From Candidatus Marinacidobacterales bacterium (GTDB lineage: Bacteria; Acidobacteriota; Vicinamibacteria; Marinacidobacterales; SMYC01), in the NCBI GenBank assembly GCA_965237955.1, contig OZ250169.1, positions 288,001-352,000 on the forward strand: a stretch of 64,000 nucleotides of DNA, in the 5' to 3' direction. The notes under the pieces were generated by a model, which was given only the letters and a program-made list of their open reading frames with translations, did not search any database and was not told the DNA's origin. This document shows, in pieces, positions 1 through 10,507 of this stretch. The stretch's first letter is position 1; every line of letters starts with the position of its first letter. Position numbers and translations under genes: made by a program.

Positions 1-6
1 ATTGCT

Positions 7-1014
7 TTGAACGTCGCGATTGTGCTGCTCTCTTTGTTGACGTCGGTGCTCGCCAATTCGCTGCGCGCCTTGGTCAACGCGCAACAGAAGATCAGGACTG
101 CCAAGCTGATGGCGACGTTCGAGACCGTGTTGAACCTCACTTGGTTATTGGCCGCCTTTTTGCTGCTTTCCGACCGCGCCTGGGGATGCGTTTTCGTGCT
201 CGGCTCTCGCGTGATCTCGCAAGTCTTCGTGGGCGTTCTGTCTTTAGTCTATTTGTCTCATATCTCTGATGTCTGGTCGCAGCTCGCTCGAATCGGGCCG
301 TATGAATGGATTCCAGTCTGCCGGCGGGTTCACCAGAATTTCAATCGGCGCTATACGCTGCCTCTCCAACTGGCTTCGGTCTTCGCGTTCTTGAAAGAAC
401 ATCTCGCGGTGATCGTTTTGGGGCAGGCGGCTTCGGTCACGCAGGTGGCGTATTACCAGGTCGTGAACCGTATCTTCGTTATCCCCAAGAAGTTCATTCT
501 GAGCACGATGCACGCGCTCCTGCCCAAGATCGTCGACGCCATGGAGGCGGACCCCGCGCATTTCAGAAAACAGTTTCGCTTTTTCGCCTGGGTTCAGCTG
601 GTGTTTTGTGTCGCGGCGGCGTCCGCTATCCTCGCCTTGCAGCGGCCCATCTTCGCGTTGCTCGGAATTGAGCCGACCGCCGAGGTCGCGATGGTGGTGC
701 TTTTTTTCTCCATCAATCTTTTGTTCAGCGCGTTGTCGCAGTCGAATAGCCTTGGGTTCCATTTCGGGAGCAATACCCGAGCCGTCATGGTCGTTTCTAT
801 CTTGCAGGCGAGCATTCTCACGGTGCTCACGATGCTGCTCGTCCCGCACGCGCAGGCGGTCGGAGGTGCTATCGCGTTGATGGTCGCCACCGCCTGCAGC
901 GCCGTCATGCTCGTGATCGCGAACCGCCACGGGGTACTCTGGCAGCCTCGTGACAACCTTCATTACTTATTGACGATGTTACTGGTGGCGACCCTGTGGT
1001 ACGCGGGTATCTAA
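7..1014 (+). CDS. Wzx/MurJ-like polysaccharide flippase (probably 5'-truncated by window edge)
   Basis: About 10 hydrophobic segments; flippase-like motifs (VAYYQVVNRI...LLPKI, LLVPHAQAVGGAIA); lies with methyltransferases and glycosyltransferases. Confidence 0.75.
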   Translation: MNVAIVLLSLLTSVLANSLRALVNAQQKIRTAKLMATFETVLNLTWLLAAFLLLSDRAWGCVFVLGSRVISQVFVGVLSLVYLSHISDVWSQLARIGPYEWIPVCRRVHQNFNRRYTLPLQLASVFAFLKEHLAVIVLGQAASVTQVAYYQVVNRIFVIPKKFILSTMHALLPKIVDAMEADPAHFRKQFRFFAWVQLVFCVAAASAILALQRPIFALLGIEPTAEVAMVVLFFSINLLFSALSQSNSLGFHFGSNTRAVMVVSILQASILTVLTMLLVPHAQAVGGAIALMVATACSAVMLVIANRHGVLWQPRDNLHYLLTMLLVATLWYAGI

Positions 1015-1213
1015 CGAATGGCCTGCCTGCCCCGATGCTAGAGCAGATCGTCTTGCATCTCATCCGACAGCATGTGGATGCCACGACCTTCCCGGCCTCG
1101 CTGACCCATGCTCCGACGATGCAAGACCTCGCCTCGGTGCGTCGCTTTTTAGACGGGCTGTGTTCCGGTAGTAATAATGACAGTGCCTCGGCAGTCCCCC
1201 TGCTCCGTCTTAT

Positions 1214-1233
1214 CACTTGATGGCGGAAGCACC
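1214..1233 (+). repeat. Orphan repeat CACTTGATGGCGGAAGCACC (copy 1 of 4, probable IS end)
   Basis: Same motif at 6035-6077, 8530-8572 and 38900-38923, all in the same orientation. Confidence 0.7.
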
Positions 1234-1235
1234 TG

Positions 1236-1626
1236 TTTTCGTCTCTAATCTCGATTTCCGAGGGACAAGTTTGCGCCAAATGGGGAGCGGGTGCTGACCG
1301 GGGGCCGTACGGCAGTGGAAAAGAGGCCATCCGAGAGGCCCAGAATCGAGGCCAGGGCTACCGCGACGTAGCCGGCTAGCACATTCCGGTCCAGGTGCGC
1401 TTCGGCCTGCTTGATGCCCCTATCTTGCTCTCGAATTTGGGCCTCAAACAGGGTCCGCCAAGTCTTGAGCGAAGCTTCCTCCCGCAAAGCCGACGATAGC
1501 GTCGTCGGGTCGACCAGCACGAAGCAGCGAAGCATGGCAGGTCTAAATCGCGCAATCAATGCTGGATCGACTTTTTGCGGAGCACACGCGCCGGTCTTGA
1601 GTTCGTTTGTGTTTTTGGACACGACG
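1236..1626 (+). repeat. Long non-coding repeat family, copy A, ending in an IS481-like terminus (GTTTTTGGACACGACG)
   Basis: Blocks align by eye with 5140-5300, 17270-17430 and 17750-17800; same terminal motif at 5461-5496 and 38561-38592. Confidence 0.75.
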
Positions 1627-1677
1627 GGAGCGTAAGTCCTTGATTTCGTGGGCGGAGCAGTTTTGACGATGCACAGC
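1627..1677 (-). mobile_element. Isolated left end of a TGT-type IS481-like element
   Basis: Exact 51-bp reverse complement of 2619-2669; similar to the element start at 11655. Confidence 0.8.
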
Positions 1678-1820
1678 TCGGAACGACTTGTGATAAGGTG
1701 CCATTCTAGCGTGGAGACCGTCCTAACTCCTGGCTCGCCCCGAGCCTTCTTGGAGCGGCGGACCCAGTGTAAAACCGTCGACGAGCCCGCGATTACGTGT
1801 CGCTGGGCGGGCGAGCTCGG

Positions 1821-2480
1821 ATGGCCAACATGAAATCCGCCGACGTCGCGCACTGGGAGGGCTTCTGGCGCGGTCCGGACGCCGGTCTTCAGTGGAAGCA
1901 CTTCGCCGCGTGTGAGCTCGTCGATCGTGAGCCGGTGGTCGACATCGGCTGCGGCGCGGGACACTTTCTCGGCTTGGCGCGAGACAAGGGCCTCGGATCT
2001 CTCGTCGGGTGCGACATCGCCACGTCGAGCCTCCGTATTCTCAAGGAGAAAGCGTTCACGGCGGTGCGCTGCGATGCCGAGAGGACTCTGCCATTCGCAA
2101 GTGGAAGCTTCGCCACGGCAACCCTCATCGACGTCCTCGAGCATACTTTCTATCCGGCCGAGCTTCTGGCCGAAGCGGCCCGGGTCGCCGAGGACATCGT
2201 CATTGTCGTACCCAACTTCAACTCGGTCATCGCCCGCTGCCAAGTAGTGCTGGGGCGGGTTCCGGAGAACAATACGCCTCGCAAGCAGCACGTCTACTGG
2301 TTCAACCGCGAGACGTTTAGAAGCGTCGTCGCTTCGGTGGGCCTTCACATCGTCGATGAGCGCTTCCACACGTTCAAATATCGGAGTCGCTTTGTGGCGG
2401 CTCCGTTTCGTATGCTCGGTAAAATCAGTCCCTCGTTGTTCTCGTTGGCCTTCGCGGCACGGCTTCGGCGGGCACCATGA
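1821..2480 (+). CDS. Class I SAM-dependent methyltransferase
   Basis: VVDIGCGAG motif I; LPFASGSF...DVLEH; VVPN. Confidence 0.9.
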   Translation: MANMKSADVAHWEGFWRGPDAGLQWKHFAACELVDREPVVDIGCGAGHFLGLARDKGLGSLVGCDIATSSLRILKEKAFTAVRCDAERTLPFASGSFATATLIDVLEHTFYPAELLAEAARVAEDIVIVVPNFNSVIARCQVVLGRVPENNTPRKQHVYWFNRETFRSVVASVGLHIVDERFHTFKYRSRFVAAPFRMLGKISPSLFSLAFAARLRRAP

Positions 2481-2620
2481 TCGAGAAAGTCGAACCGCGA
2501 CGAGGGCTTGCTCGCGAGCTTTCGAAGGGTCACAGCGTGCTGCGGGCGGCGACGACGGTGGCGCTCTCGCGACTGGAGCTGTCAGTCGCGGATGATGTTC
2601 GTCTGCTCGACGACGGTGGC
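2477..2620 (+). pseudogene. N-terminal stub of a gene (possibly another methyltransferase) cut by an IS end
   Basis: ATGA overlap with the upstream stop; ends at VRLLDDGG (motif-I-like) exactly where the TGTGCATCGTC end begins. Confidence 0.5.
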
Positions 2621-3065
2621 TGTGCATCGTCAAAACTGCTCCGCCCACGAAATCAAGGACTTACGCTCCGCTTGAATTCCGGGCCGAAGACGGCGAAACT
2701 CGGCCACTATGCTCGACGTTGTTGTCTTCCTCGTCTCACTTGGCGTCCGTGCCATTCGGGCGATGTGTCGGCGCCGCGCCGACCTGGTGTTGGAGAACGT
2801 CGCTTTGCGGCAGCAAGTGACGGCGCTGAAGAAAGAGCGCCCACGCCCACCGCTCGACGACACGGAACGGGCTTTCTGGGTTGCCCTTCGAGGTTCGTGG
2901 CCCGTGTGGGCGAGCCGCCTGCTCATCGTCCACGCGGACACCGTGGCCCGTTGGCATCGCGACCGATTCCGACGGTACTGGGCAAAGATCTCGCAGCGCC
3001 GCCATCCCGGTCGACCTCGGATTGATGCCGAGATTCGTCGCGTCGTCCGCACGATGGCGCAAGAC
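2621..3065 (+). mobile_element. Truncated IS481-like integrase-core element (left end + first ~119 codons)
   Basis: ORF 2709.. closely matches the N-terminus of 11774..12823; cut at MAQDG by the IS6 element. Confidence 0.85.
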
Positions 3066-4002
3066 GGTACTTTCGAGTGAACGAACGATTTCGGTCACTC
3101 CCCGATGACCTCCGCCCGCACGGGCGGTGCCATTGCTGTCAAGTTGGGCCTCTAACTGACAGAATGAGCCAATGAACAGCAAGTCGCCGAGCTACCGCGG
3201 ATATCGATTTCCACCGGAGATCATCAGCCACGCCGTTTGGCTCTACCATCGCTTTTGTTTGAGCTTTCGAGATGTAGAGGACCTCCTTGCCCAGCGCGGG
3301 ATCACCGTCTCGTATGAAGCGATCCGACTTTGGTGCATCAAGCTTGGTCCAGAATACGCTCGCGGGCTGAAGCGACGGCAAGGTCGCCTCGGCGATACGT
3401 GGCACCTGGACGAGGTGTTTGTAACCATCCAGGGTCAACGGCAGTATCTCTGGCGTGCGGTGGACCAAGATGGCGACGTCATCGATATCCTCGTCCAGCC
3501 TCGACGCGATCGGCGAGCCGCTAAACGCTTCTTTCGTAAGCTGCTGAAGGGGCAGGGCCGGCCACCCTGGCGGCTCGTCACCGACAAGCTGAGAAGCTAC
3601 AGCGCCGTTCACCGCGAGGTCATGCCATCCGTCGTCCACTGCACCGACCAGTACCAAAACAATAGAGCCGAGGTCTCGCACGAGCCGACGCGGCAACGTG
3701 AACGGCAAATGCGACGGTTCAAATCTCCGGGTCAAGCCCAGCGATTCTTATCCGTTCATGGACTTGTCCAAAACCTCTTCCGCGTCGGACGACACCTGTT
3801 GCAAACGCGTCATCACCGACAGCTTCGAGGTCGCGCGTTCCTCGCTTGGGACGCAGTAACGTGGGCGGCATGACTCGAACGGAGATGTCATGCCGACGGC
3901 ACCGGCTTGCTCTCGCAACGTCAACTTGACAGCAATGGCACCGCCCGTGCGGGCGGAGGTCATCGGGGAGTGACCGAAATCGTTCGTTCACTCGAAAGTA
4001 CC
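3066..4002 (+). mobile_element. IS6-family element with perfect 81-bp terminal inverted repeats
   Basis: 3066-3146 is the exact reverse complement of 3922-4002; encloses an IS6 transposase; no target duplication. Confidence 0.9.
3172..3873 (+). CDS. IS6-family DDE transposase
   Basis: YRGYRFPPEIISHAVWLY, WHLDEVF, YLWRAVDQDG, VTDKLRSY, NNRAEVSH signature motifs. Confidence 0.95.
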   Translation: MNSKSPSYRGYRFPPEIISHAVWLYHRFCLSFRDVEDLLAQRGITVSYEAIRLWCIKLGPEYARGLKRRQGRLGDTWHLDEVFVTIQGQRQYLWRAVDQDGDVIDILVQPRRDRRAAKRFFRKLLKGQGRPPWRLVTDKLRSYSAVHREVMPSVVHCTDQYQNNRAEVSHEPTRQRERQMRRFKSPGQAQRFLSVHGLVQNLFRVGRHLLQTRHHRQLRGRAFLAWDAVTWAA

Positions 4003-4035
4003 CCTCGCGAGAGCGTCGAGATGGAGTGTGGGTAG

Positions 4036-4689
4036 ATGTGCGCAGCAAGAACCGAGCCAGAAAACGACGGCAAACGTTTTTTCTCCAGAAGCTATCTCTC
4101 CGAGTACCGGTGGTCCAGCTACTGGCATCAGATCGAATGCGTGCTCAAGAACGTCCGCGAAGGAGGCGTCTTGGAGATCGGCGTCGGCAACGGCACCGTC
4201 TCGAATTTGCTCAAGACGCAGTGCACCGTCACAACCTTTGACGTGAACCCCGATTTGTCTCCGGATATTATCGGTGATGTCCGAGACGCCCACGCGCTCC
4301 TCGGGGAGCTGCAATTCGAGGTCATTCTCTGCGCCGAGGTCCTGGAGCATCTTCCGTTCGACGATTTTGTACCGACGTTGGGACAGCTATTGAGGCACGC
4401 ACGCAACGCCCTGGTCTTAGGCCTTCCTCACTCCGGCCCCAGCCTGTCTTTTTGGCTGAAGCTCCCTCTCCTGCCTTCGTTCAGTCGGGGTTTCAAATTT
4501 CCTCTGCCTATTCGGCACCCGCCGGGAGGGGTACATTACTGGGAGATTGGAAAACGCGGCTACTCCTTGCGACAGATCCGACAAGCCATTCGCGAAGTGG
4601 GATCGATCGCAGAGACCTACGTCGTTCCCGGATCGCCGCATCATCGAATGTTCGTGCTGGACGGGCATGAGCGGGTGCTGTCAAGTTGA
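4036..4689 (+). CDS. Class I SAM-dependent methyltransferase
   Basis: VLEIGVGNG, CAEVLEHLPF, HYWEIGKRGY; stop lies within an orphan IS6-like end (GGTGCTGTCAAGTTGA, 4674-4689), so the C-terminus may be clipped. Confidence 0.85.
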   Translation: MCAARTEPENDGKRFFSRSYLSEYRWSSYWHQIECVLKNVREGGVLEIGVGNGTVSNLLKTQCTVTTFDVNPDLSPDIIGDVRDAHALLGELQFEVILCAEVLEHLPFDDFVPTLGQLLRHARNALVLGLPHSGPSLSFWLKLPLLPSFSRGFKFPLPIRHPPGGVHYWEIGKRGYSLRQIRQAIREVGSIAETYVVPGSPHHRMFVLDGHERVLSS

Positions 4690-4745
4690 GGCATTCAGGG
4701 CCGATCCGACCCCAAGATGTTGGCAACGCGGTGCGCTCAAGCCCG

Positions 4746-4856
4746 GTAGGGTCGAGGGCTGGCGCGGTGCTCCGTAGGCGCGGCCTATCTGTTTCTCCCC
4801 GTTTCCTGTGGGAGTGCCTCACTAGCCGCACCATAAGTCCGTTTCCAGCCTCCCGC
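4746..4856 (-). ncRNA. Group II intron 3' remnant (extended domain VI; domain V missing)
   Basis: Minus strand reads GCGGGAGGCTGGAAACGGAC...GAAAC...AACAGATAGGCC...CCTACGGAGCACCGCGCCAGCCCTCGACCCTAC, the long-DVI pattern ending in AC. Confidence 0.75.
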
Positions 4857-4974
4857 GAAGGGTTATGCGGCCTATCGAGCCGGGGCGTCTTTCGGCTTTT
4901 TGCTAAGACAAGCCCAGCGGAATAATGCCACTTTTTCTGATTTTTGGCCTACCAATGCCCCGTTTTTACGGAAT

Positions 4975-5496
4975 CCAGTGGAGACCGGATAGCCCCCGAC
5001 TTCACCATCCGCCACCCAGTCTGGCCAATTGTGGCACTGCAGAGACGCGTGAGATTTTCCGCGCGGTTGGCGGGGTTTTGCAGGATCAGGTGTCACCAGA
5101 GACGCGCTAGAAGGGCTGGACATGCCTCATTTTCGATTTTTGTCTCTAATCCCGATTTTCGAGTGCCACGTTTGCGCCCAATAGGAGAACGGGCGCTGAC
5201 CGGGCCGTGCGGCGGCGGAAAAGAGGCTACCCGAGGGGTCCAGAGTCGAGGCCAGGGCTGCCACAGCGCAGCGGGCTAGCACGTTCTGGTCCAGGTACGG
5301 CCCGGACCTGGATCCAGGTCTCCGCCTGAGAGCGTGGTATCCCGTTGCTGGACGGTGTTTTCCCTGCGCGTACGGGGAAACCCGAATCCCCGACATCGCC
5401 TCCGACACGCCCCAGATCTGGGGCTCGCCACGGGGCGATGACGATCGAAACGGCCCGGCGCCAGTCTTGAGTTCGTTTGTGTTTTTGGACAGGACG
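4975..5496 (+). repeat. Long non-coding repeat family, copy B
   Basis: High similarity to 17105-17550 over ~400 bp; ends in GTTTTTGGACAGGACG. Confidence 0.8.
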
Positions 5497-5812
5497 CGAT
5501 CAGCTCGCCGAGGCGGGTATTGAGCCGTCCGTTGGCAGCCGAGGCGACTCTTACGATAACGCTTTGGCTGAATCCATCATCGGCCTCTACAAGACCGAGG
5601 TGACCCGTCGACGCGGGCCCTGGGGTGGTCTCGAAGATGTCGAGTGCGCCACCCTCGAGTGGGTGCATTGGTACAACACGTAACGACTCTTGGAGCCGAT
5701 CGGAAATGTCTCCCCCGTCGAGTACGAGATGAACTACTATCGGTCGCAGGAAGGCTCGCTGGAGATGGCGAAACTCAACTAAAACAGTCTCCGGAAAACC
5801 CGGGGCGGTTCA
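5497..5812 (+). mobile_element. IS3-family (IS51-like) 3' remnant
   Basis: LAEAGIEPSVGSRGDSYDNALAESIIGLYKTE; right end CTCCGGAAAACCCGGGGCGGTTCA; internal stop. Confidence 0.85.
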
Positions 5813-6034
5813 CCTTGGGTGAACGGTGTATTGGTGGCTCGCTTCTCAATTTTCGAGGCCGCATGAAGGCCCCGTCGACTAAACCACAGGCCTGCTGTGC
5901 GGGCAGCAATTGCAGCTTGCGCTGTTTACTGTTGGTGATGTGTACGCATCCCTTTGCAAAAAAGGCGCTTACGCTCCATTTAGCGCGCAGCGAAGGTCAC
6001 GAACGCTATTTTGGCTGTAATTTAATGCACCGTA

Positions 6035-6077
6035 AAGTCTTAGCGTCATCTCACCAACACTTGATGGCGGAAGCACC
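6035..6077 (+). repeat. 43-bp orphan repeat (copy 2)
   Basis: AAGTCTTAGCGTCATCTCACCAACACTTGATGGCGGAAGCACC; one mismatch versus 8530-8572. Confidence 0.8.
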
Positions 6078-6089
6078 ACCGGTGGTAAG

Positions 6090-8194
6090 ATGAGTTCGAG
6101 CACGAGCTTGCTCCGTCGCCCGGGAGAGAAAGAGCGTAGGCGTTTTCGATTGACTAACAGATACAGCCAAGCCAATCGACTAGAACGCTGGCTTGAAGCG
6201 CGTCCGCGCGTGGCCTGGTACACCGCGGTCTTCTTGATTGTCATAGCTGCCCTCACTCTGCGAGTGGCGGGAGTCGGCTTTGCATTGCCGTACTTCGTTA
6301 ACCCCGATGAGCCGAGGCGCTACGCATTCACATTGGCTCTCCAAAAAGACGGCTCGTTCGGTGAAACTCGGGGGGGGGGGTACCCGCCAGGTTTTCTCGC
6401 CCTTTGGATCGTTGAACAGAAACTGATCGACGTGTTAGCCGGGCCGGAAACCCCGGTCGCGACCGACTACCTGGTGGCGCGGGTTGTGAATGCTATTATC
6501 GGCTCAACAGCGGTGCTACTTGCTGCCCTCATAGCACGTTCGCTTGCCGGGCCGGGGCCGGGTCTGATAGCGGCTCTCGTCATAGCAGTCCATCCTTCTT
6601 TTGTCGCGACTTCTAGCCTTGCCTCACTCGACACTCCTTACACGACCGCAGCGCTGCTCAGCCTATGGCTCATGCTCATTGCACGAAATCCAATCCGCTT
6701 CGGATTGATCCAACTCAGCCTCCTAGCCGCACTCGCATCGTTTCTGACTAAGTATCAAGCCCTTCCTCTGGTGGGCTTGCCCTTTCTCGTGATGTTTTTT
6801 TCGGCCGAAGCACTCCTCGATTCGTCAGACACTTGACTGCCGCGGCTATTCTCACAGCGGGCGTCGCGCTTTGGCTTCATTTCATCTACGACATCTATCA
6901 AATCCACGACGGGCCGTACCCGGCCACCACCAGTCTTCTGACGAAAGGCCCTCTGCCCATTCCGATCTCGCTTAGCGAAGGTGTAACTCGATTACTCGTG
7001 GGGCTCGAACCTCCTTATTTACTCGTTACCGTGCTCTTTGGCCTGCTGGCCGCTTCCATCCGGCCTCTGGAAAGAGGCCGGATGGACTGGATCGGTATCG
7101 GCCTGATCGGGCTGTTCGTCGCTTCCTTCACACTCTTAATGTCTCTTTACCGGCAAATGGCATTGAGCTATTGGCAACCGGCGATCGTTTTCCTATGTAT
7201 CCTCTGGGCCGTCGCGGTCGGCTACATCGCGAAACGGCTTTGCCTGATGGGTACCAGGCCACTTCGGACGCTCGGTCTTCCTGAAGGCATTTCAGCCTGG
7301 ACCGCAAGGCTCGTTCCCGGTGCGCTGATTCTATTGCTTCTGTGGCCTCTCGCGGCGCGGAGCATGTCGCAAGCGGAATACCTCGGCCGACCCGATAGCC
7401 GGTCCGCGACGGTCGATTGGTTTCTGGAGAATGTCCCGAGCGGAACACACATCGCGGTCGAGAACAATGCGGTCGAGTTTCTTGTCAACGCCGGCCCCCC
7501 ACGATCCAAGGTCTTTTTCGTGAAAGTTATCGACTCTATCCGAAAGAGATCACTGGAGGGACTCGCGCGCCGAGGTTTTGAGTTCATTGTTGTCGATTCG
7601 CGTAGCGAGAATGGTTTTTTCCACATCAACCGAGGCGAGCGAAAGGCTTTCGAGGCAAAACTTGAGCCGGTCTTAAAGCTTCTCAATGAAGACGGCTACC
7701 AAGGGCCAGATCGCTACATATTTCGACTCCCTAGAGTGGTAAAGAATCCGATGCACATCTTCTTCGGCGAGCCCACTCCGGGACTCCTTGCCTTCAACCG
7801 GCACCAGCTACTACCGCCAGTTATTTTTCGTGGGTTCGATCTAGAAACCAACACCGTGTCGAACGGCGAGTCTCTGGACCTGTCACTGTATTGGGACGCT
7901 CAGAGACAATTGGATGCCAGCGGGTACGACATCGTGCTTCGGCTGAGGGAGCCGGGCGGGACAACCGCTCTGGAACAGACGAAGCCTTTGGATAAGAAGC
8001 TCTCAGTGTGGAGACCCGGGACATTCTTCGCGCATAAGCGCTCTCTTTACGTTCCGCGTTCCGTCGATAAAAGTGAGTACACGCTAACGATGGGGCTCGA
8101 TGACAGAGCGACGAAGGCTGCTCTACCCGCGTTTAGCTCCAATGGTCGCCCCCTGGAAGGAGAGATCCAGCTCGGCTCCATCACGATAAACTGA
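6090..8194 (+). pseudogene. GT39/ArnT-like membrane glycosyltransferase split by a frameshift (ORFs 6090-6836 and 6833-8194)
   Basis: LR...GFALPYFVNPDE, YPP, TKY motifs; adding one T to the T7 run at 6795-6801 joins both ORFs; G11 tract at 6370-6380. Confidence 0.75.
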
Positions 8195-8334
8195 TCGAGT
8201 ACTCAAATCCACATTGGAGATGCCGTCGAAAGAACGTGCAGTAAGAAAAGGGGAGGTCGGCGAACCCCCTGGCAGCACCTGGACCAGAACGTGCTAGGCT
8301 GCTACGCCCCGGCCTCGATTCTGGGCCTCTGGGG

Positions 8335-8428
8335 TGTCATCAAATCGCCACGCAGCTCCGTGCAGCGCTCTGCGTTCGACCTTGATGATGCGATCGTTCC
8401 TGCGCGTCTTGAGGACCTGGCCGTAGAA
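8335..8428 (-). mobile_element. Small fragment of an IS1-like transposase
   Basis: Minus strand translates YGQVLKTRRNDRIIKVERRALHG; short, recognised by resemblance only. Confidence 0.4.
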
Positions 8429-8529
8429 AATACAGATGGTTACCACGTGAAAAAACGGCCCAATCAGCCTCAAAATGGCCCCAATTCCCTGTTATTCATG
8501 GTTGCCAAGCCGAGACCGGAAGACGCGTT

Positions 8530-8572
8530 AAGTCTTAGCGTCATCTCACCAACACTTAATGGCGGAAGCACC
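8530..8572 (+). repeat. 43-bp orphan repeat (copy 3)
   Basis: Near-identical to 6035-6077. Confidence 0.8.
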
Positions 8573-8797
8573 GGCCGCGCCGTCTTCGTTCTTGCCTGGG
8601 TCTCCGCCCGGGGCAGTCACGGAGGCCGCGTCTCGACCGTCGCGAGGGAGCACGCGAAAGCTGAGTCATAATGACGGCCGAGCAAATGGGGCCCTTCTCG
8701 ATCTGCTTCCTCAGCAGCGTTCAGTACGCGCAACCGCTCGACCCCAACGAGCGCAAAGAAGTTCCGGGCCCTGAGTGAGTTTGACCTCTGTCCACCG

Positions 8798-10087
8798 TTA
8801 ATAATTGACGACACGTTCTTCCGGGACAGAGCGTCGGAATCGATTGAACAGAGTCCGCACTCCCTCTGCCGCAAGGACCGCGATGCACACGGTTGTCGAA
8901 GTCCGCATCCTGGTGTCCATCCCGGATGTTTGCGACGCCATCGTTGCTAGAGTGACATAGCCGATGATGGTCAGTGTGATAAGAAAGCTAGGCCAGTCCT
9001 TCCGCTTCCATATGACGCCAAGCCCAATGCCGGCAAGCGCATACAACGAGAGATTGTAAATTAGCTCCAGCAAGGATGGCGCACCGTAAAGTGTACTGAA
9101 GCCATACATGTAAAAGAGCCCAACTGGAATCAAAGCGATGTACCAAAAGGGATGCTCGAGGAAAACTGATATCGCGATGCGACGCATCGCTCTGACGCGT
9201 CGACCGTCCTCAGGTGCAAAGTTCCGCCAGAAGTTTGACACTTCGAGCTCCTCCTGCGGACTGCCCAATCGCTCTTCCAGTTCCAACATAAACTGACGGC
9301 GAACGACATCGGGGGACACGCCCCCCCGTGCCCAGCGCTCCACGCTCGCGGCACGGTAGAAAAGCATGTTGAAGGTACTTACGGTGGTATAGGTGAATTC
9401 GCCAATAAAGGATAGATTCCGGCCGCTCCATACAAGCACACAGATGAGAGGGAGAATCGCGAAGGCGCTGTACATCCGCCAGCGTAGCCGGACCAAAGAA
9501 CAGAAGATGGGAAAGCAAAACAGGAACAGATAAATTGTCGTCGGCCTAGCGAGCACGGACAATCCCAGCCAAAGTCCAGCAAGACTGGCATCTGACAATC
9601 GCTGGAGCTTGACGCTACGCGCCAACCAAAGCACTGACAGGGCGATAAACAAGTTTGCGAGAGACTCGGCTAGCACGTTAATGTTGTGCGCCGTAGAGGC
9701 AGGGTCGATCGCGACCAGGGCCCCCGCGACAACGCTGAAGGGAGTGTTGTGTATCAATCTCAGACCAACCAGGTAGGCAAGAGCGGCGGTGGCCGAGCCG
9801 AGCAGCGTGTTCGCGACGGCGACCGCTAGATGCGATTCACCGAAGATCCCATACAGTCCCGCGACGAGAAGCGGCATAAGCGGCGGCCGCGCCGCGAACA
9901 GATGGCTCGACCAGCCTGATCCACGCAGCAAATCCAACGCCAGGCTGTGATACGTATCGTCGGAAGAGAGCTCGAAAGGAGAGAGCTCTCGGGAAAGAGC
10001 AAAATAATAGAGACACCCGATACGCAAGGTGAGAGCACAGGTAAAAATGCCCCCAAGAATCATCCAGTCTTGTCTTCGGAGCGCCAC
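8798..10087 (-). CDS. GT39/ArnT-like membrane glycosyltransferase
   Basis: SDDTYHSLA, RPPLMP, LAESL, LARP motifs; multi-pass hydrophobic protein. Confidence 0.8.
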   Translation of the reverse strand: MALRRQDWMILGGIFTCALTLRIGCLYYFALSRELSPFELSSDDTYHSLALDLLRGSGWSSHLFAARPPLMPLLVAGLYGIFGESHLAVAVANTLLGSATAALAYLVGLRLIHNTPFSVVAGALVAIDPASTAHNINVLAESLANLFIALSVLWLARSVKLQRLSDASLAGLWLGLSVLARPTTIYLFLFCFPIFCSLVRLRWRMYSAFAILPLICVLVWSGRNLSFIGEFTYTTVSTFNMLFYRAASVERWARGGVSPDVVRRQFMLELEERLGSPQEELEVSNFWRNFAPEDGRRVRAMRRIAISVFLEHPFWYIALIPVGLFYMYGFSTLYGAPSLLELIYNLSLYALAGIGLGVIWKRKDWPSFLITLTIIGYVTLATMASQTSGMDTRMRTSTTVCIAVLAAEGVRTLFNRFRRSVPEERVVNY

Positions 10088-10151
10088 GCCGCGAATCTCT
10101 GCCTTGCGGAGACTACCAGAAACATCGTAGATGTTTCTATCTAATACTTCT

Positions 10152-10382
10152 CAGGTGTACCGTCTGTGGCTCCGTACGCTACGGCAGAGGAGCCAACGAC
10201 ACCGGATGACCGGGGAGCGCATGAACCGTTTGGCCGACCGCTGGTTTCCACCTATTCGTATTTTGCACCCGTACCCCGAACAGCGACTGCGCGTCATGAC
10301 CTGAGGTAGGAGCCCAGTGTGTTAGCAGCGCTCGCTGGGATCTGTGCGGGGGGCCGCCCGTAAGGGCGGTCCCTACCGCGAA
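10152..10382 (+). ncRNA. Group II intron 3' remnant (maturase tail + domains V/VI, class E-like)
   Basis: QVYRLWLRTLRQRSQRHRM...RILHPYP stop, then DV GAGCCCAGTG...CGCTGGGATCTGTGCGGGGG and DVI ending CCCTACCGCGA. Confidence 0.85.
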
Positions 10383-10507
10383 GCTTTGGCCGAACTGAAA
10401 GCTTTATTTAGAACGTACTCACGTATACACTGCACCTCCAAGCTGGGGTGTGTCTGCGATGGGTTCCGGCAGTCTATGTTTCGGACAATCCCTTGCTTGG
10501 ACTTGTC

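Noticed and set aside
1245-2648. 467-aa minus-strand ORF
   Set aside because: Antisense to the methyltransferase, crosses IS ends and repeats, no recognisable motifs.
10152-10382. Possible retron, DGR or RT-based defence system next to the SIR2 gene
   Set aside because: Only a maturase tail and intron domains V/VI are present; no RT catalytic domain or template/variable repeat pair is visible.
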